From assembly GCA_021733835.1 (NCBI GenBank), contig JAIPKD010000006.1, positions 211 through 64,210 on the forward strand: a stretch of DNA of 64,000 bases. The letters run 5' to 3'. A program made the translations under genes and the position numbers. This DNA is from Verrucomicrobiota bacterium (GTDB taxonomy: Bacteria; Verrucomicrobiota; Verrucomicrobiia; Limisphaerales; JAIPKD01). Of this stretch, positions 38,714 through 49,237 are shown piece by piece. Below the pieces are notes generated by a model, which saw only the letters and a list, made by a program, of their open reading frames with translations, searched no databases and was not told the origin of the DNA. Within the stretch, counting starts at the first letter, position 1. Each line of letters starts with the position of its first letter.

Positions 38714-41700
38714 ATGCAAAACAGCGTATATTCAAACCCGACCGACGCGAATGATGTAATTTACGAGTCCATCAATGATGCGTTTGAGTTCGGGGATTAT
38801 TCCTACGTAGCGCAGTCCGGGGAGAAATCGGATTGGCGATACTGGGTTGCTCTCGGACTTCTGGGGAAGACAGATGATGCAATCAATGGTTTGAATGAAT
38901 TCAGCAATCCCGAAGCGTGTTTCTACAAGGCCGTAAGCCTATGGATGGATGGGCGTGATAATGATGCCTCCTCACTGCTTGCAAAGATAGATACCGTTAA
39001 TGCTCGAAGGCTGCTCAAAATGATCTCACAGCCGAAAATCAATGTGCTTGCTCAAACGTTTTGGGACACGAGCTGCTTCAGCGATCCGAAATTCAATGTT
39101 AAAAAGATCGGCTTAAACGCGTATCCGTTTAAAGAAAGAAGCAGCCGTATTTGTAAGAGCGCTTTAAAGCAGATCGATAATCGCGAGCAATATGATTTTT
39201 TCTTTGCACACATGATAGAGTGGGAACACTTACCGCATGATCTGCATGAATTGCCTTGCCCTGTCTTCGGCGTGACGTCGGACTTTGATCTGCATATTCA
39301 AACAATCCATGATTGGCTTTTTGTATTCGACCACCTTATTACAGTTGGCTCAGAAGAAGCATGGAAAGTTAGACATATATCGCGGCGGCCGTCGTCGGTA
39401 TTCGTCAAAATGTTCCCTTTAAAAGATAAGATACCGAATGCATCCTTCTCAGATAAAATAACTAATCTTTATGTATCAGGAACATTGTTCAATCCGTATC
39501 ATCACGATAAAGCCCGTTTAAACAACCTGATATTCGAAAGTGAATTAAGTGATAATCTATTCGTTGATGGATTCGTAGGTCAGCAATTGTATTATGAACA
39601 ATTAAAGAAATCCAAGGTCTGTTACACGTACGTACGTCATGGTTCGTCCATGCCGTCGCGTGGAATCGATGCGCTTGCAATGGGCTGCGCAGTGGTCGTT
39701 CAGGAAAACAGTCCACTCTCCATCTTCGCCTCTGAAAAAGAGGGTCTGTTTACATATAACCATAAGACTGACGATTTGGTAAATGTATTGGCTCATGTGA
39801 TCGACAATTGGAAGAGTATCAAGGGCAATTTAAAAAAAGGTGCCGATATTGTTAGAAATGAATTTAATCATAAACGTTGCGTATCACAATTTTTAAGGTA
39901 CTTGACCTTTCTAGCGGCGACTCATAATTATAGTAGATCAAACAGGAAGAATGCAAGTGGTATATCGCAGAAACGAGCGCATGTGCGCAGAGGTAGAAAA
40001 CAGCCTTTGGGAGTTAATAAAGACTTGGCATTAGACAAATATTCAGAATTCAAAAGGCACGAGCCAAAAGATAGAACGCTTAAGGCATATATTGATACGG
40101 CACGGGAGCTGGAATATCTAGTTGCAGGCGATTATATCGAAGAAATAGCAAGACGCGGCGGAAACACTGTGCGGATTGAACAAGCACAGGAGATAGTGCA
40201 AATAAACGAATTAGTGTCGAATATTTATAATGAAGGCACCATAATATACACAAAATCCTTGGCATTACGTTTCAATCAAATAAGACACTACATGTATTTG
40301 GGAAAACCAGATAATACGCCGTGGATTATCGAAGAGGCGAAGGATATTGTATCAAAACCACTTGATCACTGGACGCTGGATCACCTTGACGATATATTTG
40401 CATGGGATTACTTCAGCGATAGTTTTAATTATAGAAAATATTTCGATATTATTACGTACGGACTGATAAAAAATGATATTGATTACACACAGCTAAAAAG
40501 ACTGATCCTGGCATCAATAAACTATTATTTAGGACAGTACACCGGCGGATTGGAATACTTGAGAAAAGCGGTTGAATTAGACTCAGAATTCGCATTTTAT
40601 AAATATACATATGTACAAGCTCTATTGATATCCGGTACGGAAGATAATAACAAGGAGGCGATAATAATGCTAAGAGAACTTGCGAACACATCTATGATGT
40701 TCGCCAAAGCGATAGAAATGTTGATTTCACCCGAATTACAGCGCCATATAACACCTGGGGAATACTCAAAATATGAGTTTAAGCTCCGTAATTACATGAA
40801 TCAAATGTATAACGCAAATGATAATTTAAAGGAATATTTGACGACTACATTAGTTGAACCTAGAAGTGATACAGATACTGATACATTGCAAACACAAATT
40901 AAAGAACACGAAAAAGTAGGCGTTGAAGAAAATAGACTAACAATGAATAGCCGAATCCCAATAAGTAAAAGGGAAAGATACGCAGATAAGACTATATTAT
41001 TGATTAATATGGAATGCGCTAATTGGGAAAACGCGAGATCATGGTCATACTGTGGTGGGTATGCCTTTGAGGAAGGATTGGAGTGGTGCGGCGCAAACGT
41101 ATATAAATTACCGGCAACAGCCGGCGGAAGCTCAAATCATCCGGCTTCCTGGCTAAGTCGCATGAAAGAAATCGGCTTATCGAGGAGATACGACCAGATA
41201 TGGATATGGATGACGCATGTGGATTACACGCAAGAGTTCCTTGAAAAAATAAAGGAATTATCGCCGGTTCGTGTGGGGATTATAATGGAATCAATGGAGC
41301 ACACAAACGATGAATATAATAAATATGTCAAGTGTCGAGGTAGGCGGGAGAAAATATTAAGTCAGCTCGAATATATGACGCATGCGCTGGCTTTCGACGA
41401 CTACGATGTCAAAACAATAGAAAAGGAAGCGGGAATACATGCAATGTGGTGTCCACCCGTGGTGCCGTGGCGGAGTGTATGCAACGAGATCATAATGCCT
41501 GATCCAGCGCCCGCAGCCTTTTATGGCACTGTATATTCCAGTGAGAGAATGAAGTTTTTAAGTCATGATGGTCTAAAAGGATTAATAACTAAGCCGGAGT
41601 TGCTTGAAGAAAGAACGACACTGCCGAAGGCGTTTGATGATCACCAGCGGAAGTACATCGAGATATTGCTTGGAAACGATATGGTGGATAACGAGGTATT

Positions 41701-44260
41701 TTATAATTATTACTTCGGATTGGAATTAATACGACGAAGGTTATTCGATTTATGGATGAGGTCAATCGCGCGCTCATACGCTGTAGTAAATCTACCATCG
41801 ATTTTTAAATGCTATGCGGGACGAGTAGTTGAGACAATGGCAGCCGGGCGTCCGGCTATATCGTGGGCGCCGCCCAGGCAAAGGACAAGGTCATTATTCG
41901 AACCGGATAACGAAATATTGCTGTTCGATCGAAATTCTCCAGAGGAACTGGCGGAAAAGATCAGAATGCTCCAAAGAGATAAAGACTTAGCTTTTAATAT
42001 AGCATGTAATGCACGAGAGAAAGTATTGAATTATCATACGGAGCGAGTGCGAATGCAGCAGGTGTTGGATTGGATAGACGAATTCGAAGAACCGGATTAC
42101 GGCGAAGGTGATTACGGAGAATGCAAGGATTTCTGCGAAGACGATGAATTAATGGATAGCAATCGGGGTATCCTCGACGCTGGGATACCGGGAAACGGAG
42201 ATAACGGCGGTGGAATACCGAATAATATTCGTAATGCGCAAGAGAAGATCAAACTGGAGAGTAAGCCTATAGAATTACCTGAGGCGGGGAAGAAGGGACG
42301 TCTTCGCGACGCATACGGACTCTTGTCTGAGGGGCGATTACAAATGTCGTGGCAGGCGACCATTGAGGCAATGCGCGAGCGCCCGTTTCATCCGGAGGCG
42401 ATCACGGTATTATCCAGGATCGCTCATGCAGCTGGGGATTTGGAGAAGGCCAAGACGCTGGTTGACGCGGCTATACGAATGGCGCCCGGATTCAAATTGG
42501 CACAGGATTTAAAGAAGACGATTAAGAAGGCGCGATCAAAAGGGAGTGAGAATACTAAAACGCCATGGGCGATGATTCCGGATGAGCCTGTGTTTAAGAA
42601 TATCAAGAACACGGCGAAGTCTTCGTACGTGGGCGTGTTAACCGCATGTATCATAGTGCGAAACGAGGAGAAGTTTATTGAGCGTTGCATCAGTTCCGTG
42701 AAGCCCATCGCCGCGCAGATAGTGGTGGTGGACACCGGTTCTATGGATAGGACGGTTGAAATAGCGCGCCGATTAGGCGCAGAGGTACATAGTTATGAAT
42801 GGAACGATGACTTCAGCGCCGCCAGAAACTTCAGTCTTGAAAAGGCGCGTGGTGATTGGGTGTTAATAATCGACGCAGATGAAGAGCTGCCCGCCTCAGA
42901 GCACGCGAACATCATGAATAATATGCGGGAATTATCGGTGCTAGGATTTCGTCTGCCGATTGTCAACGCAGGACGTAATCAGCATGGAGCGGCTTACGTG
43001 CCGCGGTTGTTCCGGAACGCGCCGGGCCTCTTTTTTGTCGGCCGGATTCACGAACAGGTTTTCAAGAGTGTCACTGTTCGCGCAAGGGAGTGGGGATTGA
43101 CCGTAGGAATAAGTTCCGCCCAGCTGGTGCACTATGGATATGACGCGGACTTGATGAAGGATAGGAAGAAACAGGAAAGGAACATGAACCTTATCAAGCG
43201 CGCTGTTGAAGAAGACCCGAATGATCCGAACATAGCGATGAACATGGGCTTAGAGCTGGGGCGTTCGGGGCGGCTTGAAGAGTGTATCGGATGGTATTAC
43301 AAGGCGATGCAGTTGATGACATTGCAACCGGACACGCGGGCGCCTGAGCTTCGGGAAGTGATGTTGACTCAGTTTTGCGGATATCTCGCCAATCTCAGAC
43401 GGTACAGCGAGATTCCCGAGGTTCTCGGCTCGGAATTGGCGAGGACGCAGGAGTTTACTGCATCGCTGCATTACATTTTGGGTCTGGCATATTTCAACCT
43501 CGGCAAATTCAGCGCCGCGTTGGAAGAGGTGGAGACCTGCATGGCCAAGAAAAATAGGCAAACCATGAGTCCGCAAATAAACGAGGTGCGTGGGATCGAA
43601 CCGTTGTTGATCCGCGCTAATTGCCTTGCCTTGCTTAAGCGTTATGAAGAGGCTGGGAAGGCGTTTCGTGTTGCGTTGGAACATGACGAGCGGTCGCGGA
43701 GTGCACGGTTCGATTACGCCAGGTTCCTCGCGTCACGCCGTCAGACCGGTGAGGCATTGAGGCTATTAATCGAGCTGGTTTCTGAAGGCGCCGGTGAATT
43801 GCCGGTTTGGGATATAGGCGCGCGCATAGCGTTAACGGATAGGCGGTATACGGCGTATGCGTTGGATTGGACGGCGGAGGCGGTGAATGTTTTTCCTCAT
43901 GAACGGATCGTGATCCGTCAACGCGCCGAGGCGCTACTGCTCAATGACATGCCGGAACAGGCATTTACATGGTACCGTAAGTTGAAATACCCGCTCGATT
44001 CGACATCCGAGGCAGGGTTGTTGGTTTGTGGTTTCGTCGTAGACGATGAAGAGGTATGCAGCGATGTGAAGACCGATAGAGTTTTGAACGCTGAATTCGC
44101 GGCTTGGTACAAGCGCCTTGTCCAATTCGGGGCGCGTACGACAATCAAAAAATTGAATTCACGCATGCACGCCGTGGCCGATATATTGCCGTTGACCGGG
44201 CCCTTACTTAGAAACGCCGCCGCGCAGGCGCAGGCTTCGACGGTGGTTACCGATTCCTGA
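38714..44260 (+). CDS. 1848-aa multi-glycosyltransferase: two CgeB/GT1-like modules + GT2 (GT-A) module, interleaved with TPR/helical repeats
   Basis: aa ~150-400 form a GT-B-like module (SRGIDALAMGCAVVV). aa ~760-1130 are CgeB-like (GRVVETMAAGRPAIS..LFEPDNEILLFDRNSPEELAEKIRML..AREKVLNYHT). aa ~1305-1520 are GT2 (CIIVRNEE..VVVDTGSMDRT..NDDFSAARN..LIIDADEEL). TPR-like helices lie between and after these modules. Confidence 0.75.
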   Translation: MQNSVYSNPTDANDVIYESINDAFEFGDYSYVAQSGEKSDWRYWVALGLLGKTDDAINGLNEFSNPEACFYKAVSLWMDGRDNDASSLLAKIDTVNARRLLKMISQPKINVLAQTFWDTSCFSDPKFNVKKIGLNAYPFKERSSRICKSALKQIDNREQYDFFFAHMIEWEHLPHDLHELPCPVFGVTSDFDLHIQTIHDWLFVFDHLITVGSEEAWKVRHISRRPSSVFVKMFPLKDKIPNASFSDKITNLYVSGTLFNPYHHDKARLNNLIFESELSDNLFVDGFVGQQLYYEQLKKSKVCYTYVRHGSSMPSRGIDALAMGCAVVVQENSPLSIFASEKEGLFTYNHKTDDLVNVLAHVIDNWKSIKGNLKKGADIVRNEFNHKRCVSQFLRYLTFLAATHNYSRSNRKNASGISQKRAHVRRGRKQPLGVNKDLALDKYSEFKRHEPKDRTLKAYIDTARELEYLVAGDYIEEIARRGGNTVRIEQAQEIVQINELVSNIYNEGTIIYTKSLALRFNQIRHYMYLGKPDNTPWIIEEAKDIVSKPLDHWTLDHLDDIFAWDYFSDSFNYRKYFDIITYGLIKNDIDYTQLKRLILASINYYLGQYTGGLEYLRKAVELDSEFAFYKYTYVQALLISGTEDNNKEAIIMLRELANTSMMFAKAIEMLISPELQRHITPGEYSKYEFKLRNYMNQMYNANDNLKEYLTTTLVEPRSDTDTDTLQTQIKEHEKVGVEENRLTMNSRIPISKRERYADKTILLINMECANWENARSWSYCGGYAFEEGLEWCGANVYKLPATAGGSSNHPASWLSRMKEIGLSRRYDQIWIWMTHVDYTQEFLEKIKELSPVRVGIIMESMEHTNDEYNKYVKCRGRREKILSQLEYMTHALAFDDYDVKTIEKEAGIHAMWCPPVVPWRSVCNEIIMPDPAPAAFYGTVYSSERMKFLSHDGLKGLITKPELLEERTTLPKAFDDHQRKYIEILLGNDMVDNEVFYNYYFGLELIRRRLFDLWMRSIARSYAVVNLPSIFKCYAGRVVETMAAGRPAISWAPPRQRTRSLFEPDNEILLFDRNSPEELAEKIRMLQRDKDLAFNIACNAREKVLNYHTERVRMQQVLDWIDEFEEPDYGEGDYGECKDFCEDDELMDSNRGILDAGIPGNGDNGGGIPNNIRNAQEKIKLESKPIELPEAGKKGRLRDAYGLLSEGRLQMSWQATIEAMRERPFHPEAITVLSRIAHAAGDLEKAKTLVDAAIRMAPGFKLAQDLKKTIKKARSKGSENTKTPWAMIPDEPVFKNIKNTAKSSYVGVLTACIIVRNEEKFIERCISSVKPIAAQIVVVDTGSMDRTVEIARRLGAEVHSYEWNDDFSAARNFSLEKARGDWVLIIDADEELPASEHANIMNNMRELSVLGFRLPIVNAGRNQHGAAYVPRLFRNAPGLFFVGRIHEQVFKSVTVRAREWGLTVGISSAQLVHYGYDADLMKDRKKQERNMNLIKRAVEEDPNDPNIAMNMGLELGRSGRLEECIGWYYKAMQLMTLQPDTRAPELREVMLTQFCGYLANLRRYSEIPEVLGSELARTQEFTASLHYILGLAYFNLGKFSAALEEVETCMAKKNRQTMSPQINEVRGIEPLLIRANCLALLKRYEEAGKAFRVALEHDERSRSARFDYARFLASRRQTGEALRLLIELVSEGAGELPVWDIGARIALTDRRYTAYALDWTAEAVNVFPHERIVIRQRAEALLLNDMPEQAFTWYRKLKYPLDSTSEAGLLVCGFVVDDEEVCSDVKTDRVLNAEFAAWYKRLVQFGARTTIKKLNSRMHAVADILPLTGPLLRNAAAQAQASTVVTDS

Positions 44261-44436
44261 GGAGTAATTCCGAGGGATGTTTAAAGCGCTGATATTCTTG
44301 GGGGGATAAAGGTGAGTTAATGGGCGAGCCCGATAATCATTTGGGTTTATGTTCCATCCGTCTGTTGGGATGTTTTCGTCCGATCGCGCATGATAATTGG
44401 CTTGTATTCGGAGGTTTGGTTTTTATCATTAGTTAC

Positions 44437-47220
44437 ATGAAGAGCCGCATTTTTTTGAACCGATGGAGGAGTTTTTTTATATGGCAAATATCGACGGCCA
44501 TTATTGTCTCGATGTTGCAGGGTGCATTGTTTTGTTATGGAGATGCCGACACCGGTAAGGCCGGTTGCTCGCTGCGTCCGGTGGACTTACGATGCGAGTA
44601 TCTGATCGAACCTTTGGGGATCGATGTGAAACGTCCGCGGCTGAGCTGGGCGCTTTCGTCCGCGGATAAAGGCGCCAGGGGTTTGCGACAGACGTCTTAT
44701 CGTATAGAGGTTGCATCGAGTATGGAGGATTTGAGAGGGGGTGAAGCGGACTTATGGGACTCTGGGATCGTTGAATCCGATGATTCCACGTTGATCGGGT
44801 ACGGCGGCAAGCGTTTGGAGTCCGGGCAGGTCTGTCTTTGGCGGGTAAAGGTTCGTGATGCGGCGGGTGTTTGGTCGGAGTGGAGCGAGCCGTCCAGGTG
44901 GACGATGGGGCTGCTCGAGCCGTCGGATTGGCGCGCGAAGTGGATAGGCACAGGTGATGAGTTCAAGCGTAAGGAAGGCTGGCCGCCGCCCGACAACGAG
45001 ATGCCGGACCCATGGTTCAGGAAGAGTGTTAATCTGGATGAGGCGCCGTCACGGGCGGTGTTGTATGTTGGGTCGGTCGGGTATCACGAGGTTTATGTGA
45101 ACGGCCGGAAGGTGGGCGACATCATACTCGTGCCCAATGCCACCGACAATACGAAGCGCGCGCGGTATCGGGCATACGAGATCGCCGAGTATTTGAATCC
45201 GGGCGAGAACGTGATCGGGCTGTGGCTTGGTGTGTCCTGGTCGATTTTTCCGCCGTTTGCGACCGATAACAAGCCGCGGGCGCCGTTGGTGATAATGCAG
45301 GGGGATATTCGGATGCCAGGTGGTGAACAGATCGGGATACGTACTGATGCCTCGTGGAAAACGCATCCGAGTCCGAACACGCTCCTCGGCGTCTGGGATT
45401 TCATGCATTTCGGCGGTGAAGAATACGATGCGCGTGAGGCGATACCGGACTGGTGTTCCCCGGATTTCGATGATTCCAAGTGGTCGAGCGCGGTGGAGTA
45501 TGATCCCGAACTCCAGCTTTCGTCCGACTTTATCGAGCCCAACACGCTCAAACGGCGAATACATCCGGTTTCGATAGAGACGACCGAGGCAGGGGGTCAG
45601 CGCGTAGACATGGGCGTGAATTTCGCGGGATGGGTGGAGATAGATGTGTCCGGTAATCCGGGGACGCGGGTCGAATTCCAGTTTTCCGAACGCGCGGACG
45701 CGGAGATGACGCACAGGCTGCGGAGTGCATACGTGATAGGGCCTTCCGGCGAGGGGACTTTTAAGAACCATTTCAATTACAGCGTGGGCCGATGGATATT
45801 GGTCAAGGGGCTTGATGCCGAATTGAAGTCCGAAGACGTGCGTGGTTGGCTTGTGCGTAGTGATTTTGAACGCGCCGGGCGGTTTGAGTGCTCGGATGAA
45901 TTGTTCAACGAGATCTACGAGACCACGTCGTGGACGTTTGAAAACCTCAGTCTGGGTGGGTACGTCGTTGATTGCCCGCATCGCGAGAGAATGGGTTACG
46001 GCGGCGATGCGCATGCGACTATCTGCACGGCGTTGGATAATTATCGTGTCGGCGCGTTCTATACGAAGTGGGCGCAGGACTGGCGGGACGTCCAGAAGCC
46101 TAATGGCGACTTGCCGTATACGGCGCCGACCTACTGGGGCGGCGGCGGCCCGGCATGGAGCGGATTCTGCATAACGCTCCCATGGGAGGTATATCGCGCT
46201 TACGGCGACAAGAGGATTTTGCGTGAGAACTTTGCGACGATGACGAACTGGCTCGAATTCCTCGAGACGAAGAGCGCGGACAATCTACTAGTCCGATGGG
46301 GTGGCGAATGGGATTTTCTCGGTGACTGGCTTTGGCCGGGCGCCGAGGGCGTGAACGGTGATACGCGTGAGACGCTGTTTTTTAATAACTGTTACTGGGT
46401 ATATAACCTGCAAACGGCATCGAAGATCGCGCGGATAATCGGCGAACCGGCTATCGCTGAAAAATATGAAGCGCGTGCGGAGCGGGTACGCCGGGCTGTT
46501 CACAAAGAGTTTTTTGTTCCCGGGGAGGATGGATATGTAAACTGTTTCCAAGCGTATCTTGCGACCGCGCTTTTGACGGAAGTGCCGCCGGAGGGCGAGC
46601 GGGCGGACGTCTGGGAGCGGCTCGAAAAGGAGATATTGGATAAGCGGAATGGGCATATTCACGCCGGGATCACCGGCGGTGCGATGTTGTTCAAGACATT
46701 GATGGAATACGATAGGAACGATCTTATCAGTACGATGGTGGGACAAGAGGATTATCCCGGTTGGGGCGACATGCTCGAGCGTGGCGCGACGACATTCTGG
46801 GAGGCGTGGGACGGACGTAATTCGCGACTGCACAGTTCGTATCTGTATGTCGGCGCGTGGTTTATTCATGGGGTCGGCGGCATACGCCCGGGCGCGGAGC
46901 CGGGGTACGAGGATTTCGTTATCCGCCCTGCTGTACCGCCGGAGACGGAGCTTGAGTGGGCGAGCACGTCTTACATGTCCGAGCAAGGGCGTATCAAGAG
47001 CGATTGGCGTGTAAGCGAGGGTAAGCTCGAGCTTGATGTTTGTATTCCGCCGAATACGACGGCGCGCGTATACCTGCCGCATACGGGGGCGGGGGAATTG
47101 ACAGAAAGCGGTGCTGCGATTGATAAGGCCGCGGGTGTGAGAAGCGTAACGCGCGACGGCGCTTTTGATGTCGTTGCTATCGGCTCCGGCGAGTATGAAT
47201 TCGAATCACGGTTGGATTGA
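44437..47220 (+). CDS. GH78-family alpha-L-rhamnosidase
   Basis: LRCEYLIEPLGIDVKRPRLSWAL..RQTSYRIEVASS..LWDSG..CLWRVKVRD is the GH78 N-terminal signature. Length and the C-terminal six-hairpin region are consistent. The start is chosen at MKSRIF; the longest ORF begins at 44320. Confidence 0.85.
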   Translation: MKSRIFLNRWRSFFIWQISTAIIVSMLQGALFCYGDADTGKAGCSLRPVDLRCEYLIEPLGIDVKRPRLSWALSSADKGARGLRQTSYRIEVASSMEDLRGGEADLWDSGIVESDDSTLIGYGGKRLESGQVCLWRVKVRDAAGVWSEWSEPSRWTMGLLEPSDWRAKWIGTGDEFKRKEGWPPPDNEMPDPWFRKSVNLDEAPSRAVLYVGSVGYHEVYVNGRKVGDIILVPNATDNTKRARYRAYEIAEYLNPGENVIGLWLGVSWSIFPPFATDNKPRAPLVIMQGDIRMPGGEQIGIRTDASWKTHPSPNTLLGVWDFMHFGGEEYDAREAIPDWCSPDFDDSKWSSAVEYDPELQLSSDFIEPNTLKRRIHPVSIETTEAGGQRVDMGVNFAGWVEIDVSGNPGTRVEFQFSERADAEMTHRLRSAYVIGPSGEGTFKNHFNYSVGRWILVKGLDAELKSEDVRGWLVRSDFERAGRFECSDELFNEIYETTSWTFENLSLGGYVVDCPHRERMGYGGDAHATICTALDNYRVGAFYTKWAQDWRDVQKPNGDLPYTAPTYWGGGGPAWSGFCITLPWEVYRAYGDKRILRENFATMTNWLEFLETKSADNLLVRWGGEWDFLGDWLWPGAEGVNGDTRETLFFNNCYWVYNLQTASKIARIIGEPAIAEKYEARAERVRRAVHKEFFVPGEDGYVNCFQAYLATALLTEVPPEGERADVWERLEKEILDKRNGHIHAGITGGAMLFKTLMEYDRNDLISTMVGQEDYPGWGDMLERGATTFWEAWDGRNSRLHSSYLYVGAWFIHGVGGIRPGAEPGYEDFVIRPAVPPETELEWASTSYMSEQGRIKSDWRVSEGKLELDVCIPPNTTARVYLPHTGAGELTESGAAIDKAAGVRSVTRDGAFDVVAIGSGEYEFESRLD

Positions 47221-47255
47221 ATAAAATGAGAAAAATGTCGTGCGGTGAATCGTAA

Positions 47256-49235
47256 ATGAAGAGGAATAGTATGCGTGCAATTATAATTCCATTGATTATT
47301 GGTACGGTGTGTTTGGGAGCGGATTTTGTTAAATTGGAGAGGTTGAACCTGAACAAGGCGCGCCAGGGTTGGGGCGCTCCACAGCTCGGCAGGTCTGTGA
47401 TAGGACGTCCGTTACGGGTCGGGGGCGAGGAGTTCAAGAGCGGCGTGGGCACTCATGCGTCCGGTGTCATTCTTGTTGAGTTGAACGGCGAGTGCGAACG
47501 CTTCCGGGCCAAGGTGGGGGTTGACGATGAGACGGATGGCAAGGGATCGGTTCGGTTTAAGTTGGTTGCGGACGGGCGCAGGGTGTTTCAGACCGATGTA
47601 GTGTGTGGCGGCGATAAACCTGTCACTGTCGATGTCGATCTTCAAGGTGTCGAGCGGCTTGCGCTTGTCGTAAGTGATGCCGGGGACGGCATGGCCTACG
47701 ATCATGCAGACTGGTGCGAGGCTGAGTTTATAACCGGGCCTGGACTTATTGAGGTTCGCGATTTGCCGCGGGAGGAACGTGAGATACTCACGCCATCACC
47801 GCCCGGTGAGCCGCGAATTAACGGACCGCGCCTTTATGGGGTGCGGCCTGGCAGTCCGCTTCTCTTCAAGATTCCAGCAACCGGCGAGCGTCCGATGGAG
47901 TTTGCGGTGCGGGGATTGCCGGAGGATTTGGTCGTCGATACCGATACCGGGATTATTACAGGTTGTATCGAGTCCGATGAGCATAAGACGTATAAGGTAG
48001 AGCTCATTGCAGAGAATCGGCTTGGAAGAGATAGTCGGGAATTCAGTATCGTGGTTGGTGATAGGATCGCGCTCACTCCGCCAATGGGTTGGAACAGCTG
48101 GTATGTACACGAGCATAGGGTGACCGACGAAGTGATGAGGGCGGCGGCGGATGCGATGGTCAATAGCGGATTGGCCGATCACGGATTTCAATATGTATCG
48201 ATCGACGATTGCTGGATGAACGCCGAGGCGCACAGTGACCCCTCACGCGTGGGTCCGTTGCGTGATGAAAACGGTGATATCCTGCCGAATTCGAATTTTC
48301 CGGATATGAAGGCGATGACCGAATACATCCATTCGAAGGGACTGAAGGCGGGGATTTATACGTCGCCGGGATCGCGCACTTGCGCCGGGTTCTGCGGGAG
48401 CTACGGACACGAAGCGCAGGACGCCAAGCGTTTCGCTGATTGGGGATTCGATTTGCTTAAGTATGACTGGTGTTCTTACACTCGGATAGCGAAAGACAAT
48501 AGCAGAGAAGAGTTAAAGAAACCGTATGCGCTGATGGGGAGGATTTTGCGCAAACAGGATAGGGATATTTTACTTAATATCTGTCAATATGGGATGGGCA
48601 AGGTTTGGGAGTGGGGTGCCGAGGTCGGCGGTAACAGTTGGCGTACCACCGGCGATCTCGGATGGAGTTTCGAGGATATCCCGCAGGCGATGTTCAGGAT
48701 CGGTTTCGGTCAAAACGGTCTTGAAAAATGGGCAGGACCCGGGCATTGGAACGATCCGGACTATCTTTTACTTGGATATATCAGTAACTGGCGGGGAGGC
48801 ACGGCTATGACACCGCTAAGTCCGAACGAGCAGTATACGCATGTGACGCTATGGTGCCTGCTTTCTGCGCCGTTGTTTTTAAGCGGTGATATAACGCGTT
48901 TGGACCCGTTCACACTGGGGCTGTTGACGAATGACGAGGTGTTGGCGGTCAATCAAGACCCGCTGGGACGCCAAGCCCGGCGCGTGTCAAAGGACGGTGA
49001 CCTGGAGGTATGGGCTAAGGAGATGGAGGATGGATCGAGAGCCGTCGGGCTTTTTAATCGAGGGCCCGTGGCTGAATATGTAACCGTGCATTGGCCGGAT
49101 ATCGGGATTAACGGCGTTAGAAGAGTCAGGGATTTGTGGCGATGCGAAGATATCGGTGAGTTTGAAGGGAAATTCGAGGCCGTGTTGCCGAGGCACGGTA
49201 CGAAGCTGATAAGGGTATTTGATGAAAAAAAATAG
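47256..49235 (+). CDS. GH27-family alpha-galactosidase with an N-terminal NPCBM domain
   Basis: NPCBM block (GVGTHASGVILVELNGECERFRAKVGVDDET). GH27 blocks (TPPMGWNSWY, QYVSIDDCW, KAGIYTSPGSRTCAG, DLLKYDWC). Confidence 0.9.
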   Translation: MKRNSMRAIIIPLIIGTVCLGADFVKLERLNLNKARQGWGAPQLGRSVIGRPLRVGGEEFKSGVGTHASGVILVELNGECERFRAKVGVDDETDGKGSVRFKLVADGRRVFQTDVVCGGDKPVTVDVDLQGVERLALVVSDAGDGMAYDHADWCEAEFITGPGLIEVRDLPREEREILTPSPPGEPRINGPRLYGVRPGSPLLFKIPATGERPMEFAVRGLPEDLVVDTDTGIITGCIESDEHKTYKVELIAENRLGRDSREFSIVVGDRIALTPPMGWNSWYVHEHRVTDEVMRAAADAMVNSGLADHGFQYVSIDDCWMNAEAHSDPSRVGPLRDENGDILPNSNFPDMKAMTEYIHSKGLKAGIYTSPGSRTCAGFCGSYGHEAQDAKRFADWGFDLLKYDWCSYTRIAKDNSREELKKPYALMGRILRKQDRDILLNICQYGMGKVWEWGAEVGGNSWRTTGDLGWSFEDIPQAMFRIGFGQNGLEKWAGPGHWNDPDYLLLGYISNWRGGTAMTPLSPNEQYTHVTLWCLLSAPLFLSGDITRLDPFTLGLLTNDEVLAVNQDPLGRQARRVSKDGDLEVWAKEMEDGSRAVGLFNRGPVAEYVTVHWPDIGINGVRRVRDLWRCEDIGEFEGKFEAVLPRHGTKLIRVFDEKK

Positions 49236-49237
49236 GG

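Noticed and set aside
45049-46014. Long antisense ORFs nested inside large genes. Examples are 45049..46014 and 46288..47082 in GH78, 2922..3623 and 4314..4937 in the LTD-CotH gene, 21665..22459 in the fusion gene, 29734..30582 in the aminopeptidase gene, 9889..10425, 58931..59566 and 24976..25524.
   Set aside because: These are shadow ORFs, typical of GC-moderate-to-rich coding DNA. Their translations are Arg/Pro/Ser-rich low-complexity with no recognisable motifs, while the opposite-strand genes have strong family signatures.
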